The translations under genes were made by a program, and so were the position numbers. DNA of 63,987 bases, counting the filler, from Basidiobolus ranarum (taxonomy: Eukaryota): NCBI GenBank assembly GCA_040143965.1. It is 3 parts of 3 records of this genome, joined end to end, with 100 filler letters (N's around TTAATTAATTAA, not from the genome) between each part and the next. Parts side by side here need not be neighbours in the genome. Positions count along the whole stretch, not along the records: positions 21,715 to 43,319 come from JASJQH010000201.1; 2 more parts are not named here. One strand, written 5' to 3'. Shown here piece by piece: positions 26,760 through 39,932 of the stretch (positions are counted from its first letter, which is position 1; each line of letters opens with the position of its first letter). The notes below the pieces were generated by a model, which had not been told where the DNA came from, did no database searches, and worked only from the letters and a program-made list of their open reading frames with translations.

Positions 26760-27336
26760 ACACTCCAGCACACTCCAATTCAATCAGAAGAACGTATACC
26801 GTGTCCATGCCTATCATATAAGACCATAAACCCAATAACGGGATGCGGTGAAAGTGACCCTAGGCCTAATATCACTGATTACATAGCACCAAGACATGAA
26901 ATATCACCGAATTGCCTATATAGTATCGAGATACATTATTAATCAACTTCTCCCAATCTGTACGTTATCAATCTCCCTCGATCTATAGAATCTTACCTAC
27001 ATAAGTAGTCACTTGCTAAGAAAATGGACTGTTCTCGAATTTCGGATGGTAATTGGTTAAGCGCTTGAATATCTCCCGCTCTGGGTAATGTCGCTTAATG
27101 ACTCACGAAAACATGCAAAAATTCCTTTTTGTTTCAATATTAGCTATGTATCTTGCTCATTTTTAATCAACTACCCGAATAATGGCTTAAAGACGAAAGA
27201 TCAATAGATGCGATACCGCAGATTTAGTCCAATCACACCTTCTCGGCTGACAAATTCAATTTCTATTTAGCAAATGTGCAAATGAATGAAAACTGTAGCA
27301 AGTTGCTTCTTACGAAGGCTATTCAACTTAAAAACA

Positions 27337-28621
27337 ATGTCCTTAGGTAAACTTTTACGTACCGCCAATTCTTATACTTCTCGTGTCTCGGGTGCTTCAA
27401 AGAGCTTCTTATTCCAAAGAAACTTCTCTTCTTCCATCTTGTTAAATGAACATGCCCGTGTTGTAAGTTAATTTGATTAGCCTTGCTTTAATGTTTATAG
27501 AAAAAGTGTTAACATGATATCAATTAGGCTATCATAGGCTCTGGCCCAGCAGGTCATACTGCTGCTATATATGCTGCAAGAGCTAATGTAGAGCCAGTTA
27601 TGTTTGAGGGCATGATGGCTGGTGGTATGTCTACTTTCTTTTTTGTATTCCCAATACCAAATATTTACGACGTATATATTATAGGGATAGCGCCAGGAGG
27701 TCAATTGACTACCACTACAGAGGTTGAGAATTTCCCTGGTTTTCCAAATGGCATTACTGGACCTGCCATGATGGACCAATTTCGACAACAGTCTGAGCGC
27801 TTCGGTACTAAAATCCATACCGAGACCATATCCCGTGTTGATTTCTCGGCTCATCCATTTAAGATATGGAGAGAAGGTTCAGAAGATGAAGAGCCGGATA
27901 CCGCCGATTCAGTGATTATTGCTACAGGTGCTACTGCTAAACGCATGTTCCTCCCTGGTTCGTACCTTCAAAATAACTCTATACGTACTTCTTTACCTCG
28001 GCGATATTAATCCGTGAACATTTAAACATTTTATTAGGCGAAGATACTTACTGGCAAAATGGAATCTCTGCTTGCGCTGTTTGTGACGGTGCTGTCCCAA
28101 TCTTTCGTAACAAACCTTTAGCTGTTGTAGGTGGTGGTGACTCTGCTGCTGAAGAAGCCACCTTTTTGACAAAATATGCTTCGAAAGTTTACGTATTGGT
28201 TCGTCGTGATAAACTTCGTGCGTCCCCTATCATGGCCGAGCGTCTACTTAAGAATCCAAAGATTGAAGTCCTTTGGAATACAGTTCCCCTAGAAGCCAAA
28301 GGAGATGGAAAGTTACTTAAAAGTCTGACTCTTCAAGATACCAAAACCAAAGAATCTAGAGAGATGGAAGTAAATGGGCTTTTCTATGCTATTGGACATA
28401 CACCAAACACCGAGCCCTTCAAAGGTCAAATTGATTTAGATCAAGATGGATATATCCAGGTTGAATCCGGAAGTACGAAGACTAATATCTCTGGTGTCTT
28501 TGCTGCTGGTGATGTTCAAGATCGCCGCTATAGACAAGCCATTACTGCAGCTGGATCAGGATGCATGGCTGCTTTGGATTCTCTCCACTTTTTGGAAGGT
28601 TTAGAGGCTGAGAAGAACTAG
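27337..28621 (+). CDS. TRR1: Low-molecular-weight thioredoxin reductase with mitochondrial-type presequence, 4 exons
   Basis: [24 protein letters not shown], redox [25 protein letters not shown]; alternative in-frame ATG at 27286. Confidence 0.95.
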
Positions 28622-29216
28622 ATACTATTACATCGCACGCTAGAGGATTATTCTAGCATTAACCCTCATCGCATTGAATTATACTTTCTAGAGTCTTTTT
28701 AAATCACTGATACTCAACTGCATCGCCATATAAAATAAACATCATAGATATACTATGAGTCAGCGCCATGCATCACTGTATATACATATTATAAGATTAC
28801 TGGGTTAATATTTGATCATATATCACGTGATTTGATTAGAGAAAATTTCCACTGTAATTGTATTCTTGCAATGGGCTCTTTCATCATCGAATCAAGGTTG
28901 TGGATTAAAAGCGTCGGAATTTTACTTAGTGAAACGAACCCAAGTAGCTAGAGAAACTTCTAATATAGTGAAGTGAACTAAAGTTATAGCACTACTTGGT
29001 TACATACAAATATACGAATTTCTTTTCTCTAAACGGGGCAAGAATAGGGAAAAAGAAATTTATTATCTATATTAAACTTTTCCTCTAACTCTTTACACTG
29101 GAAATTTTCGTCGTGTAATTCTTACAGTTTATTTTATTTTCATATATCGGGAGTGAATATAATTGAAGTTTTCCTTGGTTGACTTCTTTGATACTTTCAA
29201 AATATTATTGTTTAAT

Positions 29217-31834
29217 ATGGATCCTTATCGTCCACCCGGTTATCGTAAGTTATTTACCACGCGAATTCCTCTTTTTTTCTCTTCTTGAGAACGATCTTGA
29301 GTTTCCCCTTTTTTTCAGGATACTTTTTATTACACCATTACTATATTTCCCACCATTATTGGACGATGAAGATATTAACATACTCAATACATATCCATAG
29401 AAACCTATAGTCCTTATGGTCCACCACCTACATCCACCGTTCCTCCAAACATGTATCACCAAATGCCCCCTGGTATGGCACCCACCGGATATCCACCAAA
29501 TGGTATACCCAATACACTCCCCCCTACTCAACCAATGATGAGACCGATGATCAGGCCTATGGGTTATCCAGGTGTTGGCGCACCTATCGCCCAAGCACCA
29601 CCTATGGGTACCATGGCCACACCTAACAGTGAAAAGCTAACAACACTATTTGTGGGGAAAATTCCACCCGGAGTTCCAGATGACTGGCTGGAAAAGATCC
29701 TTCAGGTAAGATAGATTTTCATAAAGAAAGATTTTTATTGAAAGATAAAACAAACTAGACTTTCAAGAGGGAATCTATATTCTCCTTTATACCGAAGGAG
29801 ATTTCTTTTCGATAAATTCAGTAAAAAAAACTTCTCGTTTCGTCCATTTCAATATGGAAAGTTGCTAAGGAGGTTTCGTTGCAAAGCAAAGGATGGGGGT
29901 GGAAAAGAAGGAGGAAGTGTCCATTGAATAGGTTATTATTCTAATGTGATTATAAGAAGAAAAGAATATATATTCCCTCTTAAGAAACTTTAACAATTTC
30001 CAAGATTATTTCAACTTCACTTTCTATCATTAACCAATTACCAACTTTACTCTACTTAGACCTGTGGTACAGTGGTGAAATGGAACCGAGTTAAAGATCC
30101 TTCAGGAAATCCCAAAGGATTTGGTTTCTGTGAATATGCAGATGCTGAAGGAATATTACGAGCTTTACGTATCCTTGGTGGAGAAGGACAAGATCCAGAA
30201 TCAGTAGTTAATATTCCAAGCATAGCAGAAGGTGGAATCCCCAAGAAATTATTGGTATTGTACTTCAAAGGACATCGAAACTTCTTTCATACCAATGTAA
30301 CTAACCTTCTATGCAAATTATTTCTTAGCTGAGAGCGGATGATAAAACTAGAAAATATTTGGATCAATTCGAAGCATCTCGAACTTCATTAGTACGTGTG
30401 ATGTTATTACTATTACTTGGAACCTTTTAACTTACCCTTGGAATTGTTTGCTTAGGATGACTTGGATGCTGATGTGGAGACTCGTCAGGAAATTCAGAAA
30501 GTCATCCAATCAATGTTGGAAACTCTTTTGGGCTCGGAGGCCATTGCTGAAGAGGGTCAGGACAAGAATGTCTCCAGTCATGACCAGACCACTAAATCGG
30601 TGAATGCAACCAGAGATAGGTCGTATCATCATGATGACCGCAGTCAAAGTCGCGATCAAAGAGCTGATAGAAGAGAGAGAAGCCCAACCTTCTCAGAAGA
30701 AGAGGCGGAGGAGCAAAGACGAGCGGAAAAGCGTCGTCGGGAAATGGAAATGGCATATCGTGAGCGAGAAAAACGCTGGGAAAACCATGAGATGTCTAGA
30801 GCAAAGATGTACGAGCGGAATATGATGAGTGATCGCGAGAGAGAGGAGAGACGTATACGTGAGAGAGATTTCATGGAAAAAAGACTTCGCGAATGGAATG
30901 ACGATGAGGAAGAGGAGTTAGGAGAAGAAGAGTATTATCGAGATAGGTCCAGGTGGTGGAGGTATCGTCAGGCTGAGCGTGAAAGAGAGTTGGAGCAAGA
31001 CGAGCGTGATAGAAAACTGGAGCAAGACGAGATAAAGGCAGCAGAAGCTGCAGCCAAGAAAGCAGAAGAGATTCGTCAGCACGAAGAGCAAAGCAAAATC
31101 TCTAATGGCTCAAACCAACATGGTATGTATCTTGAGAGTGAATGAAATTCGAATGAGGTTTTAATTGTATGCTTTGTTGTAGAAAATATCGACTCATCTG
31201 TAGCACGGGAACATACCAAGCTTAAACTCAACCTTAGCACTAAGAAAACTACCGTTGCACCAGTTGCAAACAACGATGGCAATGTATCTTCGGACGAAGA
31301 CGCCGAAGGAAAGAAACGCAAGCGTATCCTAGTCCCATTAGAATATAGTGACGACGAAGATGCAGAAACAAAAGCGCTCCGTAAAAAGCACAAGATAAAA
31401 GAATTGGTCAAGGAGATTCCTGCGGATAAGGATGGTTTATGGAATTGGAACATGAAATGGGATTATATCACCGACGTAAGTGCTCATTTTCTTTTTCTTT
31501 GGAAAACTTCCATCATTGACGTTAGCGTTTTCAGTCGGTCCTCAAGAGTAAGATTGAGCCTTTCATTGCCAAGAAAATAGTAGAATATCTCGGTGTCGAA
31601 GAGAAAGAATTGGTGGCTTTTGTTACCGAACATGTGCGCAAGCACAATCCACCCCAAGCATTAGTGGATGAACTAACAATGGTATGACCTCTACACTCAT
31701 TATCAATTCTTTTTAATCTACTTACTAAGCAAATTAAACCATAGGCCCTTGATGATGAAGCTCCTGTCTTTGTGATGAAGCTGTGGCGCATGGTAATCTT
31801 TGAGTCAGAAGCTCATGCTCGTAAACTAGCTTGA
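29217..31834 (+). CDS. RBM25: RBM25/Snu71-like splicing factor (Pro-rich, RRM, ER-rich, PWI), 8 exons
   Basis: TLFVGKIPPGV, PKGFGFCEY, long R/E tract, PWI-like IPADKDGLWNW...PFIAKKIVEYLGVEE...FVMKLWRMVIFE; first exon MDPYRPPGY 29217-29244. Confidence 0.88.
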
Positions 31835-32142
31835 TTAGATTTAGACTTTCGTTACGAACTAGCAAATCGCATACTCCCTCCTTTCCTCCCCACTCCTCTC
31901 CTTTTACAATGTGAATTTTTCTCCTTTTTTTGGAAATTGTACCTAAAAATCCTTTTTCTGTCCTACATTTTGATCGGCAAAGCCCAAGTGATCAGGCTTT
32001 AGGGTTGACCAAGTCCCGCTTTACAACAGTACTAGCCAAATGGTTACGGAAAGATCATTAAAGTCTAATTGATGTGATTTTTAATTTATTTTCCTTTCTT
32101 TTCTTACAAATGGAATGGGCAAGCAATGTTAGTGTATGATAT

Positions 32143-33197
32143 CTAAGCAAACACTTGATCTACTGGGTCTTCTTCAAGTTGAGCATCAGACAATTTATTT
32201 TCACGATGTTTCTGTGCGGCAGTACGAGTGGTATATTTCGTGGCCTTTTGACGACGAAGACTGGCACGGACTGCATTAGGTGAAATATATTGGGCATTTT
32301 CGTAGATAGTGGCTCCACCGAAACTACCCTGGAATATACGAATAGGATTGAGAACGAACCGAGGTCCGATCTCAACCAAGCTCATCTCTTTCTTTTGAGT
32401 GCCGTCTACTGAATCTTTCTCTACAATTTGGTAATTACGGAACCAGATACGATTATCTACAACGGAAAAGGAAATGACATGATCAATGAACGGTTTGATC
32501 TTTCTAGCACTCTTAGGCACACCAAACACCTGGGTGAACATCTCTTTTAACAGACCAAGATGGGGCTCACTGTCGAAATTCTTATCGAAGGATAAAACAT
32601 GACGGGATCCCTTTAAGCAGTTACCAGTCATTTTTAGCTCATCCATGGTATGAACTAATCAAAAAAATCAGAGGAAAGAATTTGGTTGGTAAACTTTGAA
32701 TAATTATGCAGAAGATAAGCCTATAGAAAGAAAACCCTACTGTTTTGAACGTGGAATTTGGCACTGGGACCGTTAGGAGTTTTCGAGATCCATAAGTAAA
32801 GATCTTGGTGCTTACGAGACTCGAAATATATACAATTGTTGCAGTTGTTAAGTTCGGCTAATTCGTTCAAGATATAGAGCTTAGACTTAGAGTCGAGCTT
32901 GGCATCTGTTGACAAGCAAGGAGAGTTTAGAAATAGGAAACTAACTTTAATATTCACTTGACTCTAGCTATATAGATAAACTAAGAATCCTTTCGTTCTC
33001 ACTCTTTTCGAAAAATACTAACCTTTCTTTGATTGAGGAAGAAGAGCCTCCAAATCAGTCATTAAATGTCTTTGTCTAAAGGTGATACCACGAGAAGTAA
33101 GCATCATAACTCTTTGTTTGTTTCTGACTATAGGTTTATCTTCGCCAGTACCATTACTGGCATTTCTTTTGGCGGCATTTTTGAAAACTGTGGCCAT
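32143..33197 (-). CDS. BRX1: Brix-domain ribosome biogenesis protein, 3 exons
   Basis: NKQRVMMLTSRGITFRQRHLM, KTPNGPSAKFHVQN, HTMDELKMTGNCLKGSR, LVEIGPRFVLNPIRIFQGSFGG. Confidence 0.96.
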
Positions 33198-34452
33198 GGT
33201 ATTTAGTAGAACAGGAAAGTTAACTTTGCTATGGTAAACGATCAACTCAAAGATCAAGTAAAAAATCCATGTTAATTCAAAGTCAACATTTTTTTTCTTT
33301 TTCGATTAGGATTTTGTTGCCTTCAATAGAAAAAAAATTCGACTGCTTTTCTTGACTATAATTTTGGAATTTGTCGTATTAATCAAAGCGATTATTTAAT
33401 CAACTTTTAGATAGAGATATATTAGTAACCCTAACCCTAGAAATTTATATGAATAACGTTGGTAGGACTCGATTTTCCATTTGAACTAGTTGAAGACTAT
33501 ATTTTGAACCTACCAAAGCACTGGTATTGGTTACTGCATTTCTCTTGTCTTCAATGTTTGTCGAATAATATTTTGGAAAACGACTGTGTCGATGTGTACA
33601 TTTTGCTACTGAAAATCAGTATTGACCTCATATGTCGCCGAGATATTTTGATCTATGTAGTAGTCTGAAGGCTCTATTCGTACTATAAATAGAGACAAGC
33701 TCATTATTACCTTTAGGAAATGACGATAAGTTTGGTTCAACTTTGTGTCGAATGGGTTATAAATACAAACCATGAAAGGATTAACCAATCCAAACGGCAA
33801 TGGCTGCATTTACCTATTTGAGATTTTAAGTAAACTTCCGAACAATTACTCTTAAGATTAATCATTTGAGAACCGACTGATGATTTCCATTAGATTAATC
33901 GATGAATATGGCTCTGCTCAAGACTAATTGAACTCAAATTATTAGCTTATTATATATATATTCGCTATCTGTAAAGTGTCATGAAAACACACTTCAACAC
34001 AGGATTCCCACGTTTGAAAGGTTAGACTTCTCGGTGGTCTTTATTCCCCTTTTGCCGAGATGCGATTAAGAATATGGATGTAAAAACCCAAAAAAAAGCC
34101 TAAATGCAAATGTTGAAGTGAAAGGCAAATCATGTATACAGAACTGTTTAACCGATGGATGCGCTGGCTAGCTACTGGGCGATATGCAAGATTAATATAC
34201 ACTGCTTTGCCAATGGAAATAGGTAGTATGAACAAACCTTTACCATCACAGAGGCTATTATCTAGATTTACCACTCCATTTTGTTTCAATCTAGATTCCA
34301 TTATGTAAAGCTCTAGAATGTATCATTCAAGAAGAACATATTTTTCTTTCCGGAATAACCTAAAATAGCGATAGAACATCACACAGAAATACATATCAAG
34401 TAAAAGCTAAGTAAATAATATTAGTTGTGGAGACTAAGAAGAAGGGTCAAAG

Positions 34453-35019
34453 TCATTGGTAAACTACCGTTGTAGCTGGCATCCACAACGATGAAAACCG
34501 ATTTGCCACGGCTGATAGGATCAACAAGCTAAGAGTTCCAAGAATCACCAAGGCCATAAATACAAGTACTACGGCCATAAGCCTGTAGCTAGATTTGTAT
34601 AGGCCAAGAATACCAACTAAGGCTAGTATCATTCTTAACCCAGCCACACAGAGTGGTAGCCATATACTCTGAGTCATTAGGAATGCGCTTGTTGAAACAG
34701 GCTGCTCTAATAACAGCAAATCACGCACTTTCAGACCAAGAATCACTCCACTTGATACCTGATGATTTAGGGTTATATGAATTAGGGTTAGGTGATTCCA
34801 AGCACAAATAATTTCAAACCATACCAATTGTATTAGTAATACTGTATAACCAACTTTCTTGAATAGTTGGGAATTTTTTTTTATGGGTGCCGTGGCTTCT
34901 GGGTTGTCTGGCGAAATGTAGTACTCTTGAGGGGGTAAACTGGAACCCGAAGGAGCATAGAATTGTTGTTGACTATATCGAGATTGCTCCATACCCACTC
35001 GAGCTGGCAGCGTTGTCAT
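34453..35019 (-). CDS. Hypothetical small multi-pass membrane protein
   Basis: Pro/Tyr-rich N-terminus then three hydrophobic helices; probable in-frame 66-nt GT-AG intron 34759-34824. Confidence 0.6.
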   Translation of the reverse strand: MTTLPARVGMEQSRYSQQQFYAPSGSSLPPQEYYISPDNPEATAPIKKNSQLFKKVGYTVLLIQLVWFEIICAWNHLTLIHITLNHQVSSGVILGLKVRDLLLLEQPVSTSAFLMTQSIWLPLCVAGLRMILALVGILGLYKSSYRLMAVVLVFMALVILGTLSLLILSAVANRFSSLWMPATTVVYQ

Positions 35020-35526
35020 CTTTGGGTAGATTCTACCGAATATCCCTTTGCTATATACTGTGTCCTCTCATAAGGCTGAAGTCAAGTCTTCCAGATTCAG
35101 GATAGGGATTAACTAAGCCTGGTAGAATTGGTGAATATTTTTGGTCTGAATCATTGCGAATTCTATTCGTATATTCTAATACAGTTTCTTTATTGTTGGA
35201 ATACAACATGATTATTTAACGGTATTGAAAGAATATTATATGGCATTTATTGTGTTGATTAGATGTATGCATGCAGTCAAGATAAGCCTAAATTTGTTCA
35301 TATATGCAACTGCAACTGTTCCACGGTGTTGGATTTAGAGCCTATTCATTGGATGATACTTCGGTGGCGACTGAGACAAGGCTGAAAAATATTTCTACAG
35401 AAACCAATGATTGAGTAAAAAAAGTAAGCCTCTTACAGATTGGGAACACCAGACCACTGCTATGGGGTCTGAGTTAATATAAATTCCAAGAAGAATGTCA
35501 CGGTTGCAACATTCCTTTTACTAACC

Positions 35527-36249
35527 ATGTCTCAATACATTTCTTCGTTATCTACCGACTCCGCTTCCGCACTTGGACCTGCTCTTGCTCCACCTGCGTA
35601 TACACCCGAGTGTACAAGACAGGCCAAGTGTGAAGAGTTGTCACCTCCTTCTTATAGTATGATTGATACTCCTGTTATCACCTTCAGCCTTAAACTTTCT
35701 TTTTCTTCATCCACTTTGCGTTCAGTTGACATGCATGATCAATTGGATATTAGATCAGTTGAAAATAATTTGCCTCTTTACATATTGAATAAATGTCACT
35801 TTGATAATATAACTACTAGCTTTGCATTGACCAATTCTTTTACTAACCTTCCAATTATGAAAGCAACGAAAGACATTAGAAATTCTAATGATTTCTCCAT
35901 ACAAAAAGATTCTTCTTCAGATACCACCGTCCTAAGATCAGCATCCATCTTCCGATTCATTTACAAATTCACTTGGAAAAACCACACATTCCGGTGGAGT
36001 CTTGATGGAAAAGATCTCGTTTGTGTTCTCCAATCCGTTGATCCCAAGGGCAGACGTATCTATCGCTCAGTAGGTGGAGTAGAGTTTATCGATAGCAGCA
36101 ACACCAAAGCGCATAGAGAAAAGAACTTTGGAAAGCTTTGGATATTTCAAAGAGAAGTAAGCGACATAATCAAAGATTCTCAATTTGAGGCGGTATTCCT
36201 GATAACATCTGCGCTGGTCATGGAGCAAGCAGGCTTGCTAAAAATATAG
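35527..36249 (+). CDS. Hypothetical protein with two PPxY motifs and a beta-rich C-terminal domain (tubby-C/DUF6593-like)
   Basis: 240-aa intronless ORF; PPAY and PPSY; YKFTWKNHTFRW motif; terminal hydrophobic helix VFLITSALVME. Confidence 0.65.
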   Translation: MSQYISSLSTDSASALGPALAPPAYTPECTRQAKCEELSPPSYSMIDTPVITFSLKLSFSSSTLRSVDMHDQLDIRSVENNLPLYILNKCHFDNITTSFALTNSFTNLPIMKATKDIRNSNDFSIQKDSSSDTTVLRSASIFRFIYKFTWKNHTFRWSLDGKDLVCVLQSVDPKGRRIYRSVGGVEFIDSSNTKAHREKNFGKLWIFQREVSDIIKDSQFEAVFLITSALVMEQAGLLKI

Positions 36250-37338
36250 TAAGTTATACCTATATACTCGTACTTTGGCTAATTTTTACTCAACATTTTC
36301 TTTACTTAACTTAGGCCTAGCTTACTTTGAACATATCTTTCACCCAAAGAACTTAGCCACTAATCTCACCTCGCATTTATAAATTTATGTCATCCTAATT
36401 ATTGTCAGTCAGTAATAAATAAACTCTGATTATATTGATTTTTCTGTCATTAAATTGCATGCAATAGTCTCATTTATTGCTTAAATATTACTCAGCAACA
36501 ACAATCAAATTTAAAGGTAATATGTATGTTGAAGGCTATGCATTTGGTTGCAGTTTGGTTGACATTGCAACAAGAGTCGATAGTGTGGTTGAGTTTATAT
36601 ATATAGTCATGTGATCTGTAAATGAAGTGTATCTCTCTGAAACTGGCAGACTAATTGGGATGCTGCTGGGAATACAGATTCATGAATCTTTGATGGTGAG
36701 AGTTATTTAAGAGAGTATCGGTTTCTAACTAATTTATGTTTCATTTAACCTTAAATTGGGATCTTCAGTTTCTCAAGTTGGTCCCACCATTCATATCAAG
36801 CAGAGTGGTTAGAGTTGTTGTTACTATTCATCTTTCTCAAGGATATGTGTGAAGAATCAACTATTTAAGAGATATATTCCAAACCAATTCAGACGATCTC
36901 GCCTGAAATAGCTACTAAAATCTGTGTACAGGATAGCTAATCAATATCCAAAGCAGTCGAAAGATTCGCTGAGTTCTACAACATTACTTCTAAACAGGTT
37001 TAGCAACCAATGAGGAGATATACCAACAACGTCTTCGTAATGTGACAGTTTAGTAGGCATGATTGTTTGGTTCAACTGACTGTGGTTGTCACTTTAGACA
37101 TTTGCTGAAATTTCTGCTTACCAACTATCCACCAATTATACATTGATAGAGTGATGGGCGTCTTAACCACAGTTTCATATTAACGTAACCCAGAAGCCCT
37201 GGCAAGCAGTACAGAGAAGTATAAACTGAACCGATGTAGTTGTGACTTTCAAAGAAAACAAGTCAATTTTTGCTATAAAATAGACTTGCGCAATATTTCT
37301 CTTAATAAGAATCTACTCCTCAGGTATACACTCTTGCA

Positions 37339-38789
37339 ATGGGCGTATTGACAAAGTTAGTTGGAAGCGTTGTATTGATTGCCGGCCTATTCAGTACAAG
37401 AGAGGTCTATGCTGCTAAAGATATCTCACAATGTTCCCGCCTGACCCCGAGACTTACCTCCCCTACTAGCATTAAAGATCTTCGTGCAGATGATATCAAG
37501 GTTTTCATGGCATTAGGGGACAGTATTACCGCAGGATTCGGAGCTAAAGGCATCCAAAATAACCGACTCATAAGCATCAAATCTTTGTACGAAAATCGTG
37601 GAGTCAGCTACGCCGTTGGAGGGGTATGGATATGTTTGTTTAATGCTAATGGTTCTCTAAGCTAATTCACCTTGATAATATCAGGATCCAGGTGAGACTA
37701 CTATACCAAATCTATTTGGTCATTATAATACTACAGCCAGGGGACCTTCTGTTGGGGATCATTTGGTAGAGCTATGTTACGGTACACTTTTAAACTACAC
37801 TAGACCATAATGATACTTTGAAGAGGAGCTTACACATTTGGCATTTGATTGCAGGTCCACTCTGTCCACCATTCCAATACAGACCCGCCAAAGATAATCT
37901 CAATGCCGCACAATCGGGTGCTTTGTCGACCAATCTTGGTACTGAAATAGATTATCTACTGAGTCGTATCAAAAATTATCCGGGAATTGATATTCAGAAT
38001 GACTGGAAATTACTCACTTTACAATTGGGTAGTAATGATATGTGCCAGGCATGTTTGGATGCTTTTCAATACTCTGGTCCTGACGCTTATGAGAAGAACA
38101 TCCGTAAAGCTATAGATCGCGTTCGCAAAGACATTCCTAAAGTTATCATCAGTCTTGGTAGGCTTGCATACTGAAAAAGTCCCTTCTCCCCGTTTGCTTA
38201 ACCCTCTTGCATCACTCTTAGGTGGTGTCTTTAATGTTAGTCAAACTTGGGCTAAAACTAGGAGCGATCCTTACTGGTAAAATCTCACTGTTATTATGAT
38301 AAACCAATCAATCATTAACCAATCCACTTACAGTCAAAAGATCAAGGGACTACCTCATCTCAACATTGAATGTCCATGTGCATTGCTTGGAGGTAAACTC
38401 GGTGAGGAGTCACGTAAGGACATGGATAATCGTGCCGCTGCCTTTAACGAGAGACTTTATAAGATCTATCAGGATTATAAGAGTCAACAAAGTGACACCT
38501 TCGCCCTGACACTTCATCCACTTGACATAGACCTTGCCAGTCTCCCCATTGACTATTTATCCAACATTGATTGCTTCCACCCAAGGTTCATACAATGATC
38601 TTTTACCTACACAATGTCTATTCAAGCTAACATTTACTTTCTTTTAATAGTCGTAAAGCTCATGCCTATATTGCTAAAGGGTTGTGGAATAATTTCTGGA
38701 TTCCTTTTGAACAACGTCGTAAGACATGGTCCTTTAATCCCGACATGGAGGTCTACTGTCCAAATGAGAGTGATCGAATCAGGCTTTGA
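37339..38789 (+). CDS. Secreted GDSL/SGNH lipase (phospholipase B1-like), 6 exons
   Basis: Signal peptide; ALGDSITAG, NAAQSGA, DWKLLTLQLGSNDMC, DCFHP; stop TGA 38787-38789. Confidence 0.9.
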
Positions 38790-39402
38790 GAAGCGTTAAA
38801 GATTCAGAATTAATATTCTATACTTAATTCATCCACCACTAATATACTAATAAACATTAAGGTGGATTCCTAAGATTTCACAGATTAGTCACATTATACT
38901 ATTCCGTATGTACAATTTCCCACATATAGTAATGATCTGCAATTTGCCAAGTAGCATCATCTAACTTTTGTTATAGATGTTCACTGGCCCAGTCAGAGGA
39001 GATTGGCAATGACAAACACTCTGTTATAGATGTTATGGTTTAACTCAAACTTTCATCTTAATCTTGACTCACCACACCAATGTTAATATTACCAACAAAC
39101 GAATCCTTACACCCATTCTATCAAGAGCATGGTCTATAAAATGTCAGTTTTTGTTATGCTGTACAGTAAGAGTAATAGTAGAGAGATTCTAAGCCACACA
39201 GCCGAATAATCTCACTGACGTATAAAAATATCGCTACCATATGAACTGTAGAAAATCTTGGGCCATTTACAGGTGGTACTTTTATTGTTGAGAGTTGCTT
39301 TACTCAGTTAGGGTGTTAATGATCGAGTACGCGACTAGAGACTCAAAACGGACTCATTCCTGGAGACCTTATTATGTGCACTGAGGGAAGGGAGAAGGAG
39401 AA

Positions 39403-39523
39403 GCGCCACTTAACTGCTACGATGGGGGCAATAAGTACAGCAAGTCCTCGGCTATTGAGCTCTGCAACCATTCAAGCTCATGGATAGCTTCAAAAGCCTT
39501 AGACCGTTTATTATGATGCATCG
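39403..39523 (+). mobile_element. Possible decayed Ty3/gypsy RT-RNaseH linker fragment
   Basis: Frames give APLN / RWGQ*VQQV / LSSATIQAHG*LQKP*TVYYDAS, resembling the APL...W...L.SAP.LAHPD..KPF.V.TDAS consensus. Confidence 0.35.
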
Positions 39524-39932
39524 ATATCTCTTCAGCGGATCAATTATTGTTATATTGAGATATTCGTTACAATAAAGCTGATAATCAATATTAAGTAACT
39601 GATTTACTTTCATAAGAATTTCGATTATTAATGAGTAGAATGATCGAGTGTATTTATGATACCAGAGCTTTACAGGAGTGGCGTTATTGATATTTTCATA
39701 CCAAATTGATTCATTTCTTTGTTACTGAGACAGGTCCCATCAAGTTCTATATTACTAGCTATTCTCAGAATACCTTTCTTTGTTCTCATTTTGATTTGGT
39801 GTATGTTATATATATAATACTGGTACTTCAACAATCATTCTAACACGAACCTGTTATTCATTAAAGGTAGCCTTCAAGACCGAATATTTATATAGCCATC
39901 CCAATAGCACAGAGGATAGTGCTATCCTCACA

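Noticed and set aside
10321-28621. Metal/redox cluster (Cu-ATPase, Mn-CDF, thioredoxin reductase)
   Set aside because: Genes are interspersed with unrelated ones and separated by an artificial contig join
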